From: Camelus ferus
Taxonomy: Eukaryota
Direction of reading: 5' to 3'
Assembly: GCF_009834535.1 (NCBI RefSeq)
Contig: NC_045696.1
Coordinates: 62,064,001 to 62,128,000 of the forward strand
DNA: 64,000 nt
The translations under genes and the position numbers were made by a program. Each line of letters starts with the position of its first letter. Within the stretch, counting starts at the first letter, position 1. Shown here in pieces: positions 1-13,889 of this stretch. The notes under the pieces are model-generated. The model was given only the letters and a program-made list of their open reading frames with translations. It searched no databases and was not told the origin of the DNA.

Positions 1-1027
1 TATATTTCCCCTAGAATCCTATTTTGTATAATGTTCCTACCGATTTTCACTTTTAAGGAGAGGGGAAGGGCACTGAGATGAGAATAATCACAGCTGATAC
101 TCCATATTTCCCCCAATAGGACTAATTTTGACACTGCCTTTATACAGTAAACACACCATTTTTACTAGATTTTATGCTACAGATCAATAACAGTAAAAAT
201 ATCTAAAGATGCACTTATTCACACTTTAAATGAGATTGAGATCTTTCACACCAAAGATCATTATTATTATACTTAATAATACTACCATTATTTTAACTTT
301 GGATAATTCTGTTGGTAGGGTAATTCATGTCTTAATAAGCCATCCCTTGGGACTACTAGAGCTCTGAAAACTAAAAATGTTCAGATTCTCTGACATTTGG
401 CTATTATTTCATTTTATTTTTTGACTGTTATATGTTAACTTTTAAAAAATAAACTTATGATATTAGAATAGTTTTACATTTATAGAAAAGTTACAAAGAT
501 ACCACAAAGAGTTCCCATACATTTTATATATATATCAGCTATTACTTTTAAATAATAAATGTAAAGTATGTTATCCTACCAAATGACAGAAAGATGAATA
601 TTTCAAAAGAAGATAAATATACACTGGAAAATAAAATGCTATATATAAAATGATACATCCAATACAAGATCAGGAGGACAATAATTCTTATTATCTTTAG
701 AAAATAAACAAAATTCCCCAAAGCAAAATATTTAAAAACTGTTTTGTACAGATTTACAAGTGCAAAAAGCATGATATTAAATTTAAGAAGGATCAATATT
801 ATGAAGTTTAGAATGTATCTTATTTCATAGACAACCTAATAAAATGGCAAATATTGAACCCATTTTATATTAAATTCTAGATATTTCATTGCCTAAAAAT
901 ACCATTTGAAGCTCAAAGTGAATTACCAAATCTAACAAAGAAACAGTTAAAACAATCTGAAAAGAATACAAATGAAACATTAAAAACAAATAAAAATTTT
1001 ATAAAGAAAAAAGAAACTAATAAAAAC

Positions 1028-1126
1028 CTGTGGTATGGTGGGTAGGATGACAGTACTCTCAGCAGGGACTGGCAGGACAGGGATCACAGGGACAGTGGGA
1101 GAAGAGGGAGGTACAGCTTCTGTTGG
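1028..1126 (-). CDS. DLG1: DLG1 alternatively spliced proline-rich I1A cassette exon (33 aa)
   Basis: 99 nt, phase 0/0, acceptor ...gatttttag|CCA and donor CAG|gttttt. Translates [33 protein letters not shown], matching the recalled DLG1 I1A insert. Confidence 0.96.
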
Positions 1127-2109
1127 CTAAAAATCATCAACGACAAAAAATCAGGAAAAATACCAAATAAAAGGGAAACATATAACAGAAAGTTTTGTCA
1201 TAAAGATAAGTTATAGTTTCCAGGAATAACTGAAGCAGGTAAAATATTACTTAAATTTAAATGAGAAAATGCTCCCCAGAAATTATTTTAGAATTATTTT
1301 AGAAATAATTATACCACCAATAATAATTTTAACGATTATGTAATTAAAATGAATGACTACTCTTTAGATGTTTAAACAAAAATAATAAAAGATAATGACT
1401 TAACAATATTCCTCAACTGGGAGACAAGACACTCACTTCATAGACTACAAAAATATCTTCCTAGCATTCAGGATATATCTGACTATTTTCTTCTTTGCAT
1501 TCAAAGAATCAAAGTAATTTTATTGCCCATGAGGCAGGCAATTGAGGCTTACAAATCCACAGACAAAATATTCAAAGGACTGAATTTATATCATTTTAAA
1601 CAATCTATGCCATTAACCCCTACTATCAAGAAGTGTAATAATCTGCCTTACATCTGCCTGTAAAGTCATTAATTCAATTTACATTCACTGATTACCTATT
1701 ATGTGCCAAATACCGGAAAAAACAAAAAAGGAAGTGGGAACACTGTGACATAATTTAAACTAAGAAGTTTTGATATTTGTACTCAATTACTCTATCTGGC
1801 TTAATTAAATTATTTTTAGAAAAATGTAGCTGGAACATAGAAAAGATGTTTTGTAACAAGTCCCAATCCCTATAAACTGTATTAATTCATAAATATTTGC
1901 TATACCAATGACATCCTACATAAATAAAAAAAAATTAAAATCAAATCAGTAAGAGGACAATGTACTTTGAGAGAGAATTACAACAGGAAGAACAAATTGC
2001 TAAACTTGAAACTATGCTTTTCCTCATCAATAAAAGAAACACAAAATAAAATTACAATGTTGACCTTCTGTTGCAAATCAAATCAGTCCATCTAGATTTA
2101 TCAAAAATG

Positions 2110-3395
2110 TATAGTCTCTTCAGTAGTGGTGCTGGGACTATTGCATATCCACATCCAAAAGAATGAAGTTAAATCACTACCTCACATCCTATATAAAAAC
2201 TAACTGGAAATTACTCAATGGCCTAAATATAAGCCCTAAAACCATCAGCTTTTAGAAGAAAACATAGAGGTAAACCCTCAAGACCTTGGATTTGAGAATG
2301 GATTCTTAAATATGATATCAAAAGCGTAAGTGGCAAAAAGAAATAAATAAACAAATTAGACTTCATCAGAATTAATGCTATTTGGTACACAAAAGATTTT
2401 ATCAAGAAAGGGAAAAGACAACCTATAGAATGGGAGAAAATCTTGCAAATCATACATCTGATGATGGTTTAATATGCAGACTATATAAAGAACTCCTACA
2501 ACTCATCACAAAAAGACAATTTAAAAATAGGCAAAGGACTTGAATAGACACTCCTCCAAAGTGTAGATACACAAATGACCAACACGCACATGAAAATATA
2601 CTCAACATTATTCATTAGGGAAATGTAAATCAAAGTTAAAATGATATATCACTTCATACCTACTAGGGGGATGTAATTTTAAAAAGTGAAAACAAACCCA
2701 GAAAATAACAAGCGTTGACATGGATGTGCAGAAACTGGAATCCTCAAAAACTGCTGGTGGGAATGGAAAATGGTGCCACCGCTGTGGGAAACAGTTTGGT
2801 TTGGCAGTTCCTCAAAAAACTAACCCTAGGATTACCATATGACTCCTACCATTCTACTCCTAGGTAAATACTCAAAAGAACTGAAAAGAGGGACTTGGAT
2901 ATACTACACCAGTGTTCAGTGATGCATTATTCATAACAGCCAAAAGGTGGAAACAACCCAAGTGTCCATTAACAGATGAAGAAATACATAAAATGTGGTA
3001 TATGCATATAATGAATATTAATTCAGTCATAAAAAGGGATGAAATTCTGATACATGCTACAACATGGATAAATCTTGAAGACATTATACTAAGTGAAATT
3101 AACCAGATACAAAAGGTCAATATCGTGTGATTACACTTACACAAAATATTTAGAGTAGGTAAATTCATAGAAAGCAGATTAGAAGTTATCAGTGTCCAGG
3201 GAGAGAGGAGCATAGGGAGTTTCCTGCATAATGGTTACAAAGAAAGTTTTAGTAATGAAAAGGTTTTGGAAATAGTGGTAATGGTTGTACAACACTGGGA
3301 ATATAATTAATACCACAGAATTGTGCAGTTAAAGCTGGTTAAAATGGTAAATTTTGTTATATATATTTTATCACAACAAAAAAAACTCAAAAAAA
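2110..3395 (+). mobile_element. 5'-truncated LINE-1 (L1MB-like), ORF2 end plus 3' UTR
   Basis: Remnant ...ALFITAKRWKQPKCP...WYMH... of the ORF2 C-terminus, typical 3' UTR and A-rich tail near 3375-3395. Confidence 0.9.
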
Positions 3396-4629
3396 TCTAA
3401 TGCACAGAAACAGATCCTCTCAGACTGCTGTTGGATCTATAAATTCATACAAACTTTATGAAAAGCTATTTAAGTAATTATCTATAACTTTAAAAATGTT
3501 TGAACTCTGACTTAGTAATTCTAGAAATCTATCCTAAGGGAATAAATAAAAAAAAACAAATGTTTTAATATTCAATATTCTCTTGAGCATTGTTTATAGT
3601 TGGGGAAATGCAGAATATCTTAAATATAAAGTTGGACAAATAATGGTAATTTTGTAAGATTAAATACTATGCATCAATAAACAATCATCTGTAAGAACAG
3701 CCTGTAAGTCATATGAGATACTGCCTGTGACATGACACGACATTAAATAAAAAAGGGAAGATAAAACTTTTTATTTTAAAAATGGAAAAAATGTTTGAAA
3801 AGTTGATTTCTAGGGGAAGGATTATGAGTAGCTTTTCTCCCCTGCCTCTATATTACAAATTCTACTTTTCCAACTGTCAACAATGAATACACAGTGATGC
3901 TACAATGCAGGGTGAGGAATGGGAGATCTATTCATATTAAGAGAAAAACAATTAGTATGATCTTTTACCATCTTATGCTCAAGAAAATAAACTAAAAATG
4001 CATTCCAAATTATTCTAAAAGATGATAACAAATTTCTATGATTTTATAAGACCATTAGAATTGAAGAAGCTAGAGATCAAGTTTAACCCTTCATTTTACA
4101 ACTGAGTTAAGCTCATATAAAGTAAACTGTAAGGAATCAGGAAAAGATTTGCTGGACTATTGCTACCTGGATTTCTTGTATCTTGTAGAAAGACTTTAAG
4201 TCATTAGATTCTGATTCCTTCCTCTTTTTTTAATGTCCCAGTCTAAACCAGTTCCTTGTTTGAGATGATGGAAAAAGTTATGGAGATGGACAGTGGTGAT
4301 GGCTGTGAATGTAGTTAACAATACTGAATTAATTATATAGTTAAAAATTGTTAAAATAGTAAAAATTTTATGTTACGTATATTTTACCACAATTTTTTAA
4401 AAGGACATTAGGAATGAAGCCTTTGTGGGTCTTACTTGGGGCTCCTGTCACCGTTTATATATTGTTCCTATAAAAAAAAAACTGAATTCCAGATTATAAG
4501 GCTAAAACAAATAATTTAAATGTCAACCAACTTTCAGTGGAATACTTACGACTTTTTAAAAACGCCTGAAAAAGCCAGAGGTTCTGACTCCTAATTTATG
4601 ACAAAGTATGAGAAAAAGTTTTAAAAGAG

Positions 4630-5500
4630 TTTATACTAAGTGAAGTAAGTCAGAGAAAGACAAATACCACATGATCTCACTTACATGTGGAACAAAACAA
4701 ACAAAACAAAAAACAGACTCATAGACAAAGAGAACAAATGGGTGGTTGCCAAAATGGGGCAGGTGGATGAAACAGGTGAAGGGAATTAAGAGGTATAAAC
4801 CTCCAGTTATTTAAGTCATGAGGAATGCAATATATAGAACAGGAAATATGGTCAATAATATAATAATTTAGACTAGATTTGGTGGTACTGGTATGACTGC
4901 ATGATTTTCAAAGTATATAAACACAGAAATAAATGTGTGTGTACATGTACATATATACCATACCCTAGCTGTGCCCACAGAGAAGACCTGGGAGGACTAA
5001 CACCTCAATAGCATGAAAATACCCAGCACTTGGATCATGGTTTCTAAATATCCAGTCTCTAACTTAAAAACAAACAAACAAACAAAAGCAAAAACAAAAG
5101 AGGAATCTTTGCAGAAATGGCTGATTTCAGTGCTAGAGCCTAGCAAGTGCAGTATGAGCCTGGAACATTCTGCTGTGTCAGAAAATAAGGAAGTGCTCAA
5201 AGAATAATGAGGGCATTACAAAGGACACAGAAGTCAGCTTGAAGGGCTCTTATCAGTCAAACTGGGAATAACTTGAGACTCAAAATAAATAATGATAATG
5301 ATGGTATAAAATTCCACTGAATAAAAACAGGACTCCAAGAATTCATACTGATATATAAATAATTACAATCATAGAGGGAAGAGAAAGCATTTCTTATAGT
5401 AGAATACCAATTAAAAATGTAGAAGGAATGATGAAGCTACAAAATTGTCATTTGGCAACTATCATATTAATAACTCATTCAAGAAACATCAAAAGTAACA
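4630..5500 (+). mobile_element. Adjacent old LINE-1 3' fragments
   Basis: atactaagtgaagtaagtcagag...aaatacc 3' UTR motif, followed by L1MC/MD-like 3' sequence. Confidence 0.7.
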
Positions 5501-6450
5501 GACATACCTATCATCTATAAAAGTTTTCTTATGCCTTTTTAAGAGTGTCAGATATTAGCTAACTAACAATCCACTTAAACATAAAAAAAGGCAAACCTAT
5601 ATGCTTATGTCAAATTTCAAGGCCAAGCACAAAAATTTCCTCCATTAGGCAGCTGCTCTCCAAAACCCTTTATGATAGACTATAAATTCTTTAATACTAC
5701 ATTTAAACCTCACTGTAACACTGGCTCTGAGCCTACTCTAAATCTCCTTTCAATAGGATCCTTTAGAGGATGTGAATGCCATTTTTTAAAAAATCCTAAA
5801 AAAAAAAAAAAAAGTACACCATCTCAATCTACCCCATTCTGTATGGCACTGAGCAAGTACTCTGAAAAAGAACATATGCCTCTGCCTCTTCCCTAACAAA
5901 GGCAAACACTGCTGAGAAGGTCTTCAAAAACACATACACAACAACACACACAATTTCAAGAACCAATTTAGGTAACAAAGTATTACAGAACAACAAAATA
6001 ACTCATTTAATTCATATAAAAAAAAAACACCCTAAACAAATAATATATAATCAAATGAAGGTTGAGTGATGAGGAATAGCACAGACATTAGATCTAATAA
6101 CAGAGTAAAATGAAGAGACAAGAGGATATTATGAGCTCAGGACTGAGAGCATGGGAGAATTCTGGGTAGCTGTACAAAATGATTCTAAATTGGAAAATGA
6201 CAAACTTTAGACTCTAATATAAATAATGAGACAGCAATGCACAGTAAGCATTATATTTGGGGTTATTACAGAAAAGAAGAATTCAGCATAAGCATTTTAA
6301 ACTCGAAAAATCTTGTATACATATTTTATTAGACAGTATGACTATTATGGCATCATCCTTTTCCTGCTCCATTTGTATCACTCAGATCAGCTCCAAAGAG
6401 TTTTGTTGCTTTTTTAAAAATCTTGACCATGTGACTAACAACAGTCTCAG

Positions 6451-6525
6451 CTGTTTCTATCCATAGCAACACCATGGAATCATCAGCCTCTGAGGCTGCC
6501 TTCAGAGACTTGTTTCCATGACAAC
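6451..6525. promoter_or_regulatory. Candidate RFX X-box cluster
   Basis: GTTTCCATGACAAC at 6512-6525 and half-site CCATAGCAAC at 6461-6470, in non-repeat DNA. Confidence 0.5.
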
Positions 6526-8350
6526 AGAGGCTATACTATTAACACTGTCTCAAAGAACACTGCAGAAAATGGTAAATTCCTATAATATAATTGGATTGTA
6601 CATTTTTAAAAGCACTTTTTAAATACCAATATCAAATTGACAGCTTTCTGGAAAATGTTTTAACTGATTCATTTTAGAAATTCTTGTTATTTACTCACAA
6701 CTTTACATTTTAAATTTAATGTAAGATCTTAAAACTATAAAATCAGCTTTTAAAACAGATTTTCATAAAAAGAGGTCTGAAGTCTCAGTAGGTATAGCCA
6801 CATGCTTAATGTGTACTGCATATCTACAGTTATGACCATGTACCACCCTCTTTCACACCCACGCATTCAATAAATGGGAAGATACATATATATTGAATTC
6901 ACTTAACCTTTACTAAATTCTTTTCTGCTTAAAATAACTAAAGTGGTCTTTATATGTGCATATGAATCCTGACTGATATAGGAAGAGACAAAAGGGACAA
7001 TTAGGAGGGCTGCTATGATAATCCAGCTGAGAGGTCATCAGTGGCTTTAACCAAATGATGCTGATGAGGAAAATGGACAATGAGTAGTCAAATAAAGATA
7101 AATTTTGAATGCAGAATTGGTATTTCTGGTGACTGATGGGAAGTCAGGAAGAAGGACTATTAAGAATAACACCCACAAGACCACAAAAATTTATCTTTTA
7201 TACATCATTCTAGACCCACTCATAAAAGATTTGCAAGGCTTTCTGAACTTTTTCTCATTTATTTTCTTATTTATTAAAAAGATTATCATAGAATAAAATG
7301 AAACTGAAAAAAGATAACTGATACCATACTAACATGCAATTAATAACTGTTTATATTTTACATTAATATGTTACATGAATTGGGCAAATTGAGCTTAGAG
7401 CATACATAAAGATTCAATAAGGTCTAAATAAATTTACAACATATTTAGGGAAAGTTAAATATATGAATTAGCAAATCTTTTGTTATCAGTATCTTAGGTA
7501 TAACAAGGAAAAATAGTTATCCCCATGCCACTGTTGGTCTAGTAAGGACCTTATTTTGTTTTTGTATGGCACGGTTAAATATTCTTAATCCAAATTCCTT
7601 TGTTTAAAGATATACTATGTGATAATGAGACATGTTTCTCTGAATAAATGTCAAAGAAGCTACCTAAGAGGCAAAGAGAAACCAGGAATAAAAAAAAAAA
7701 AAACCTGCAAGCCTTTTGCATGTTTATAGAAGGCTAAAATACAGCACAGTAGATTTACCAAAACTGGGAATCACTGTACTCAACAGGCATCCAGTATCTT
7801 CAGAATAAAGGTATTTTTCATTGCTTAGATCTGATTCTTATTTGATCCAAATGCCCTTTTTGCCACAGTTACTGCAAACAGGTACCTTCCATATAAATCC
7901 CAAAACATGTTATTTGAACCAGCTGCATATGACATCCATGTCATAATTATCTCAGAAGCAAACAGCAATAAAACTAGATATATTTCTAAACAAATCACTA
8001 AGGGATTAAATACAAATCTTTGAATTTAAAATAACAAGGGAAGATAGGAAAATAGACCTAATGATTTACAATCCTAGTATAGAAACATGGATGCAAATTT
8101 GTTAGTTCACACAGACAGATCGTCTAGTTCTTCAATTTTTTTCTGCTTGCAAGATTCATGCTATTTAGTTAAGGTATATCTTCCCTTCATTATAAAAAGA
8201 TGGTATTCTATCAGCATTCAGCTGATCACTTTGCATTGGTAGAAGGATGAGACAACAATCACTAAAAATTTAAATTAAACAGAGATCTAAAACTTGGATT
8301 TAAAGATATGGTTACATAATTAACAAATAGGTATGAAATTACCAACTGCA

Positions 8351-8390
8351 ATATGCTTTCCCCCTAGTTTATATGCTTTCCCCCTAGTTT
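8351..8390. repeat. Perfect 20-bp tandem duplication
   Basis: atatgctttccccctagttt occurs twice back to back. Confidence 0.97.
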
Positions 8391-8439
8391 TATCAGAATA
8401 GGGCTATAGAAACAGGTACGACCATGGACGTCATAATTA

Positions 8440-9003
8440 CTAACCTAAAATGGGCCCTTAATGGTTGCTAGTAATCACACATTTACCCTAGTCTATTCAT
8501 TCTTGTACAAGTCCCAAATGATTCAGGCCCCTGTCACCTTTCTGAAGTCGTCTTCTACTATTCTGCTTCCACTTAGCCTTTCAGTCACATTGACCTCCCT
8601 TTTGTTCTCCAAATACTCTAAATATGTTCTGGCCTCAGAGTCTTTTCCTCTGACTAGAATGCTCTTGCCCCAGATATCTACATGACCCAATTCCGTAACT
8701 TCTTTCATACCTTTACTCAAGTATCATCCTCCAGTCGAAGCCCTTCTGAGTTATCCTATTAAACCCACCCCTGCTCCTACCTCATATGCACAAATAGACA
8801 CATTTCCTATTGTCTTCTCTTTTTACCTTTTCTCTAGCATACTACATATTTTAGTTAATTAGTTTATCATCTGTCGTCTCCCCCTTTAATATAAGCTCTT
8901 ATAAGAGCAGGAATTCTTGTTCTACTTAGTCTTGTATGCCCAGAGCCTAGAACAGTATCTAGTACACAGGAAGTATTTAATACATATTTGTTGGATGAAT
9001 GAA
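8440..9003 (+). mobile_element. LINE-2 3' fragment
   Basis: Pyrimidine-rich body ending ...gcctagaacagtatctagtacacagg...tatttgttggatgaatgaa, the L2 3' terminus. Confidence 0.85.
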
Positions 9004-9749
9004 ACCATGTGACTGCCAAAAGAGACTCAGGGAATACTGTCCATCCCTCTCCGCCCTTTCATGCTATATACACAGCAGATAATGCTAAAGATTCTGTGTG
9101 CTTGGGTAGCCACTACCAATCAAAAGGTGTTAAAGGTGTTTCTACCATTTGATGACCTTAGAACAGAAGTTTCAAAATAAAAAAATGCCCCCCAAATTGC
9201 CAGTTTCAAATTGTTGTCTATCTAGCAATATCTAATTGTCTATTTTTTAATCTGAAAAAACATGTTTTATTCAAGAAAATTTGCTCAAAAGATTTTCATC
9301 TCTTTCCTTTTCAAACTGTATTAGGAAGTAAATCTCACTGCCAGCTGATATTTAAAACCAGTGGTGCCCTTCCTCCAAACTTTTGGGTTCTACTAGCCTC
9401 AACTTGGTCTCTAGGTCCCACCCAGTGGTAGCTGCTTCCTGTTTTAGTATCTATGTTTTACCTTGGTGTTCCTATTTTTCCTTTTCAGTTCTCCAATTCC
9501 TTTTGAACACCCCCCTCCCAATATTACATTTTACCTCTTAAAATAATTACTGTGATTTCTGTTTTCCTGGCTGGACCCAGTCAAGGTTACTAATATTCTT
9601 GTTAAAATATAGTTTTTTATCATTCTCTAATAAGGTTGCTTCTCCTTATCTCCAGATCCCTCACTTAAAAGGCCAGAATATTTTGTGGGACTAAGAATGA
9701 CAGTGGTAGTAAAAGTGGTGATAAAGACTATAATGATGATGATGGTGAC

Positions 9750-9985
9750 AACAAGTACTTTACTGATGTCGGGTATTATAATAAAGGCTTCACATGGATT
9801 CTCTCATTTAATTCTCACTAAATCTTGATGCAGATAACATTTTCATCCATGTTTTCTGCAGATGGAAGAAAGAGACTCAGAATTTAGGTAATTTGTCCAA
9901 GATGACACAGCTAATAAATAGAACAGAGATTTCAATCCAGGCCATCATCCTCTAAAGATGGTGTGCTCAACCACTATACTACACT
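9750..9985 (-). mobile_element. MIR SINE
   Basis: Reverse MIR core: ctcatttaattctcac...cagatggaagaaagagactcaga...gtccaagatgacacagct. Confidence 0.8.
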
Positions 9986-10094
9986 CTCTCTTCAAAATAG
10001 TTCAAAAAGAGTTTTATTTTGTCTTTATTTTTGCTACTGCATTTTACTGCAACAATCCCAGAAAAGAAATAGAATACTTCACCAATTCTTAGAC

Positions 10095-10314
10095 CAAGGG
10101 TTCGCAAACTTTTTCTGAAAAAGGCTAGGTAATAAATATTTTAGACTTTACAGGCCATGTAGTTTCCGTTGTAACTACCCAACTGTGCCGAAGTAGCCTG
10201 AAAGTAGCCATAAGCAATACTCAAATAGGCATGGCTGTGTTCCAATAAAACTTTACTCATAAAAACAGGTGGCAGTTTGGATTTGGCCTACAGGCTATAG
10301 TGTGCTGACTCCTG
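10095..10314. mobile_element. MER58A-like hAT-Charlie DNA transposon
   Basis: About 220 bp, termini caagggttcgcaaact and agtgtgctgactcctg, internal ggctgtgttccaataaaacttta. Confidence 0.88.
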
Positions 10315-12244
10315 CTTTAGGTGATTTTTAAGAAGAAAAAAATGCTGATTAGGTCATGAAGAAAACAGAATATGACTTCAAGACATCTACGCTAGTTTTT
10401 ACTAACTGCAATTCATTAAATTTTGTTGCAATGCTTAATCTATAATAAAAATAAGTAACTCCTTCCTAAAAAAGTGAACGTGAGAATTAAAAAAACAAAT
10501 ACGTATGAGAATTTCAAGTTTCATCAGAATTCTTTAAAATATTTTTACAAAAAAGGTCTATATAATAAAGCTGTGTTCTTACAACTGAAACTTTAGGATC
10601 TATACTGTATGTAGCCTTTCAGTTTGGAAAAAGTGATTTAAGTGATATATTTGTTCTCTTTCCCCCTCCAAAATCCTGTTATGGTATTTAGTATCACTGA
10701 AGCTATTAATTCCTAAGGTTGGTATGCGTCCTGGTTTGTTTTCCCTTTATCTATCAAAATACTTTCAAACTGATTATTTTTCAAATTTATAATTCTCTGA
10801 TACATTAGATGGTTCTACCAAGATTAGTCAGAGTTAAATGTAGAGAAATGAGACTGGGATACATTTTGATTCAAATTGCAGATTATAGTCCCCAGTTATT
10901 TTTCTCAGGACCAACAAAACTTTTGTAAGGCAATCAATTGGTCTCATTCTGTCATAACAATAATTCCTTCACTCTCCAGAGCTGGCTGAGTCAATAGTCA
11001 CAGATTAGATTTCACAAATACTGAAAATATTGTTCAGAAATAGGAATGAAACTGGGGTTTACTCATGGACAATGAATGAGTATGCAGGGCTCCTGTTAAG
11101 GTGTAAGGGGGACAAATCTTTTAAATAAATTTATCTAGGGGCAGAAGAAGTTGTATTTAGGCTTCTCCTAAAACCACTACTTCCAGATGTCATAGCCAGT
11201 TGGTTTACACTTGCACAAAATAGGTCCAGCCTCTGTTGACTGATTCACATGTGCCTGTAAAATTGTCACATCAGCTGGCTTATTTAAAGTTTATTAAATA
11301 AGGTGATAATTGTAGGCTACTGTTCTCCACATGGTATTAACAACTATTTCTACCTTTATCAAAATTCTAAATTTTGATATAAAAATGGAGGACTGAAAAT
11401 GTTATTTAAATAACAGTGCCAGGAAGTACAAAGAATGACATAGTGAAAGATCTTTAAAAGAAAATGATAGTCAGATTTTAACAGTAAGAAATTAAATTCT
11501 TCATATGCTAAGAATGTCTATGCCTCAATTTTTTTCACAGAGGGTTTTGAATTACATGATTTTATAATCCTATAATGTAGAGTTGCTAATTTTGAAGCCA
11601 TACTTCTATATAAAAATGGCTTGGGAAATTTACAGTGGCCAAATCACATTTAGAAGTTCCAAACTTCCTTGCAGCCATCACTAAATTAAATGAAAATATT
11701 ATATATATACATAAATGTTATATACTAACATTCATTCATTCAACAGTCATCATGTGCATTCACCATGCTAGGTTCTGGGGATACAAGAGAAGAAAACATA
11801 CATCTGTACTACCTGCTCTTGTAAAGTTTATGGTTTAGCAGCTGGTATTAAACAAATCATTACCCAGTTGATTACTGTATGGAGTGTAATTTTCATGAAA
11901 ACAAACACTGCTTGAAATAAACAAAGGGCAAAAATGTGCAGACTGAATCTCCTATCCTGACCCCAGAGTGTGTGGGCCATTTTTCAGCACCATTATTAAT
12001 ATATTACTTAAAAGTTAAATATAAAACTATATATATATAACATATAAATTGCAGCTTGTGAAATTTTTTTTACCTATTTGTCCTTGACAAAAGGATAGTC
12101 TAACAATCATGACACCATATAGAAGCTACAAAGATGAATGCAACACACTTCTTATTTATAAAGAGCTTATATAACAAATTTCACTTATTTTGTTCTTTGA
12201 ACTACAGCCAATCTAATCCACCTTAAAATATCAATGTTGTTCTT

Positions 12245-12945
12245 TTAATCGGCTTTATTTTTTACAGCAGTTTTAAGTTCACAGCAAAACTGAGCAAAAA
12301 GTACATAGTTCTCATATACCTTCTGTCCACACACATGCATTGCCTCTCCATTATCAACATTCCTCACCTGAGTTGTACAATGTACAGTTGAGAACACCAC
12401 TGTACACTGACACATCATTATTACCCAAAGTTCATAGCTTATACTAGGGTTCACTCTTGGTGTTATATATTCTAGGGGTTTGAACAAATCTATCATGTCA
12501 AGTATCCACCATTATAGTACCATACAGAATAGTGTCACTGGCCTAAAAATCCTCTGTGCTCTATTTGTCCCTCCCTCTTTTCTAACCCTTGGCAACCACT
12601 AATCTTTTTATTGTCTCCGTAGTTTTGCTTTTCCACAATGTCATATAGTTGGAAGCATACAGTATGTAGCCTTTTCAGATTGGTGTCTTTCACTTAGTAA
12701 TATGCATTTAAAGTTCCTCCAGATCTTTCTATTTTTTAAAATACTGAATAACATTTCATTGTCTGGCTGTACCACAGTTTATCTATCCATTTACCTACTG
12801 AAGGTCATCTTGGTTGCTTCCAAGTTTTGGCAATCATGAAAAAACCTGCTATAAACACCTGGGTGTAGGTTTTCATGTGGGCATTAGTATTCAACTCATT
12901 TGGGTGAACACCAAGGAGTACAACTGCTGGATTGTATGGTCAATT
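12245..12945 (-). mobile_element. LINE-1 3' end (L1MC/MD-like)
   Basis: T-rich start, cagttttaagttcacagcaaaactgagc, and ttgcttccaagttttggcaat, all reverse L1 3' motifs. Confidence 0.85.
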
Positions 12946-13889
12946 TGGTGTTTTTTAAAAGCTTATATAACCATTGTAAACTATTACTTTTTGTTTAATG
13001 TTCATCTTTATGCTTTTCTAAAATGTCTGACTGTACAAATGCCTGCTTCTCAAACACCATTTAAACAAACTTTTGAGTAGGTATTCTTTGGGTGACAAGG
13101 GAAACAATTTCCAAATCTTGAGTAACGGTATTAATCTTACAAAATTAGTGGCCTTTTGGGTGGGAAATTAAACTTTGCCAAGAGGCAGGATTTCACAACC
13201 AGTATTAATAGAATTTTTATCCTAAATTTGACTACTTGATTAGTAAATACTCAAAGAAACTATCCTACTATCAGACTCAGCATTTCCAAAGTATTTTAAA
13301 AGAATTGTCTACTTACTCCCTATATATTCTAGTTTAATACAGAGGCATTATACTGCTGAATATAAGCAATATCATTCCTTACAGGTGAAGAAAAAAATAT
13401 ATATTTGATCTATCACTTCAAAACACAACTATCATTAGGCATAAGGCCAAATGTTTAAAATGCTTAAAATATGTATAGATGAAAAGGTTAGGCCAATCCA
13501 TGTTGGTCTAAGGTGCAAATGTCTTGGTGTGAGTATTCAGACCTGCTGCCTGCTGGGAACAGTCAGAAGAGAAATGGGTTACAAATGATGTACCATATGC
13601 CTCTATTTGCCTGGGAAGCTTATATTTATGCCTGTTGTCCCACTTTAATTATTAATAGTTCCCTTTTCCATCAAAAGTACTCCAAGTTTGGTTGATGAGT
13701 TACATAGTCATCCTAGTTATAAAGAAACTGAATGGTTTCTTTCCTCCTTTCTCCCTGCCTCACCTCCCCATGGGTATTTCTTTCCACAAGGGTAAATAAG
13801 AAAAGAATTATCAGTTAGAGGATTAGTGTAACACTAGATAAAGTGTGATATATGCTTCAAAGAAGGTCTAAGAGAGAATTCAGACAGAT

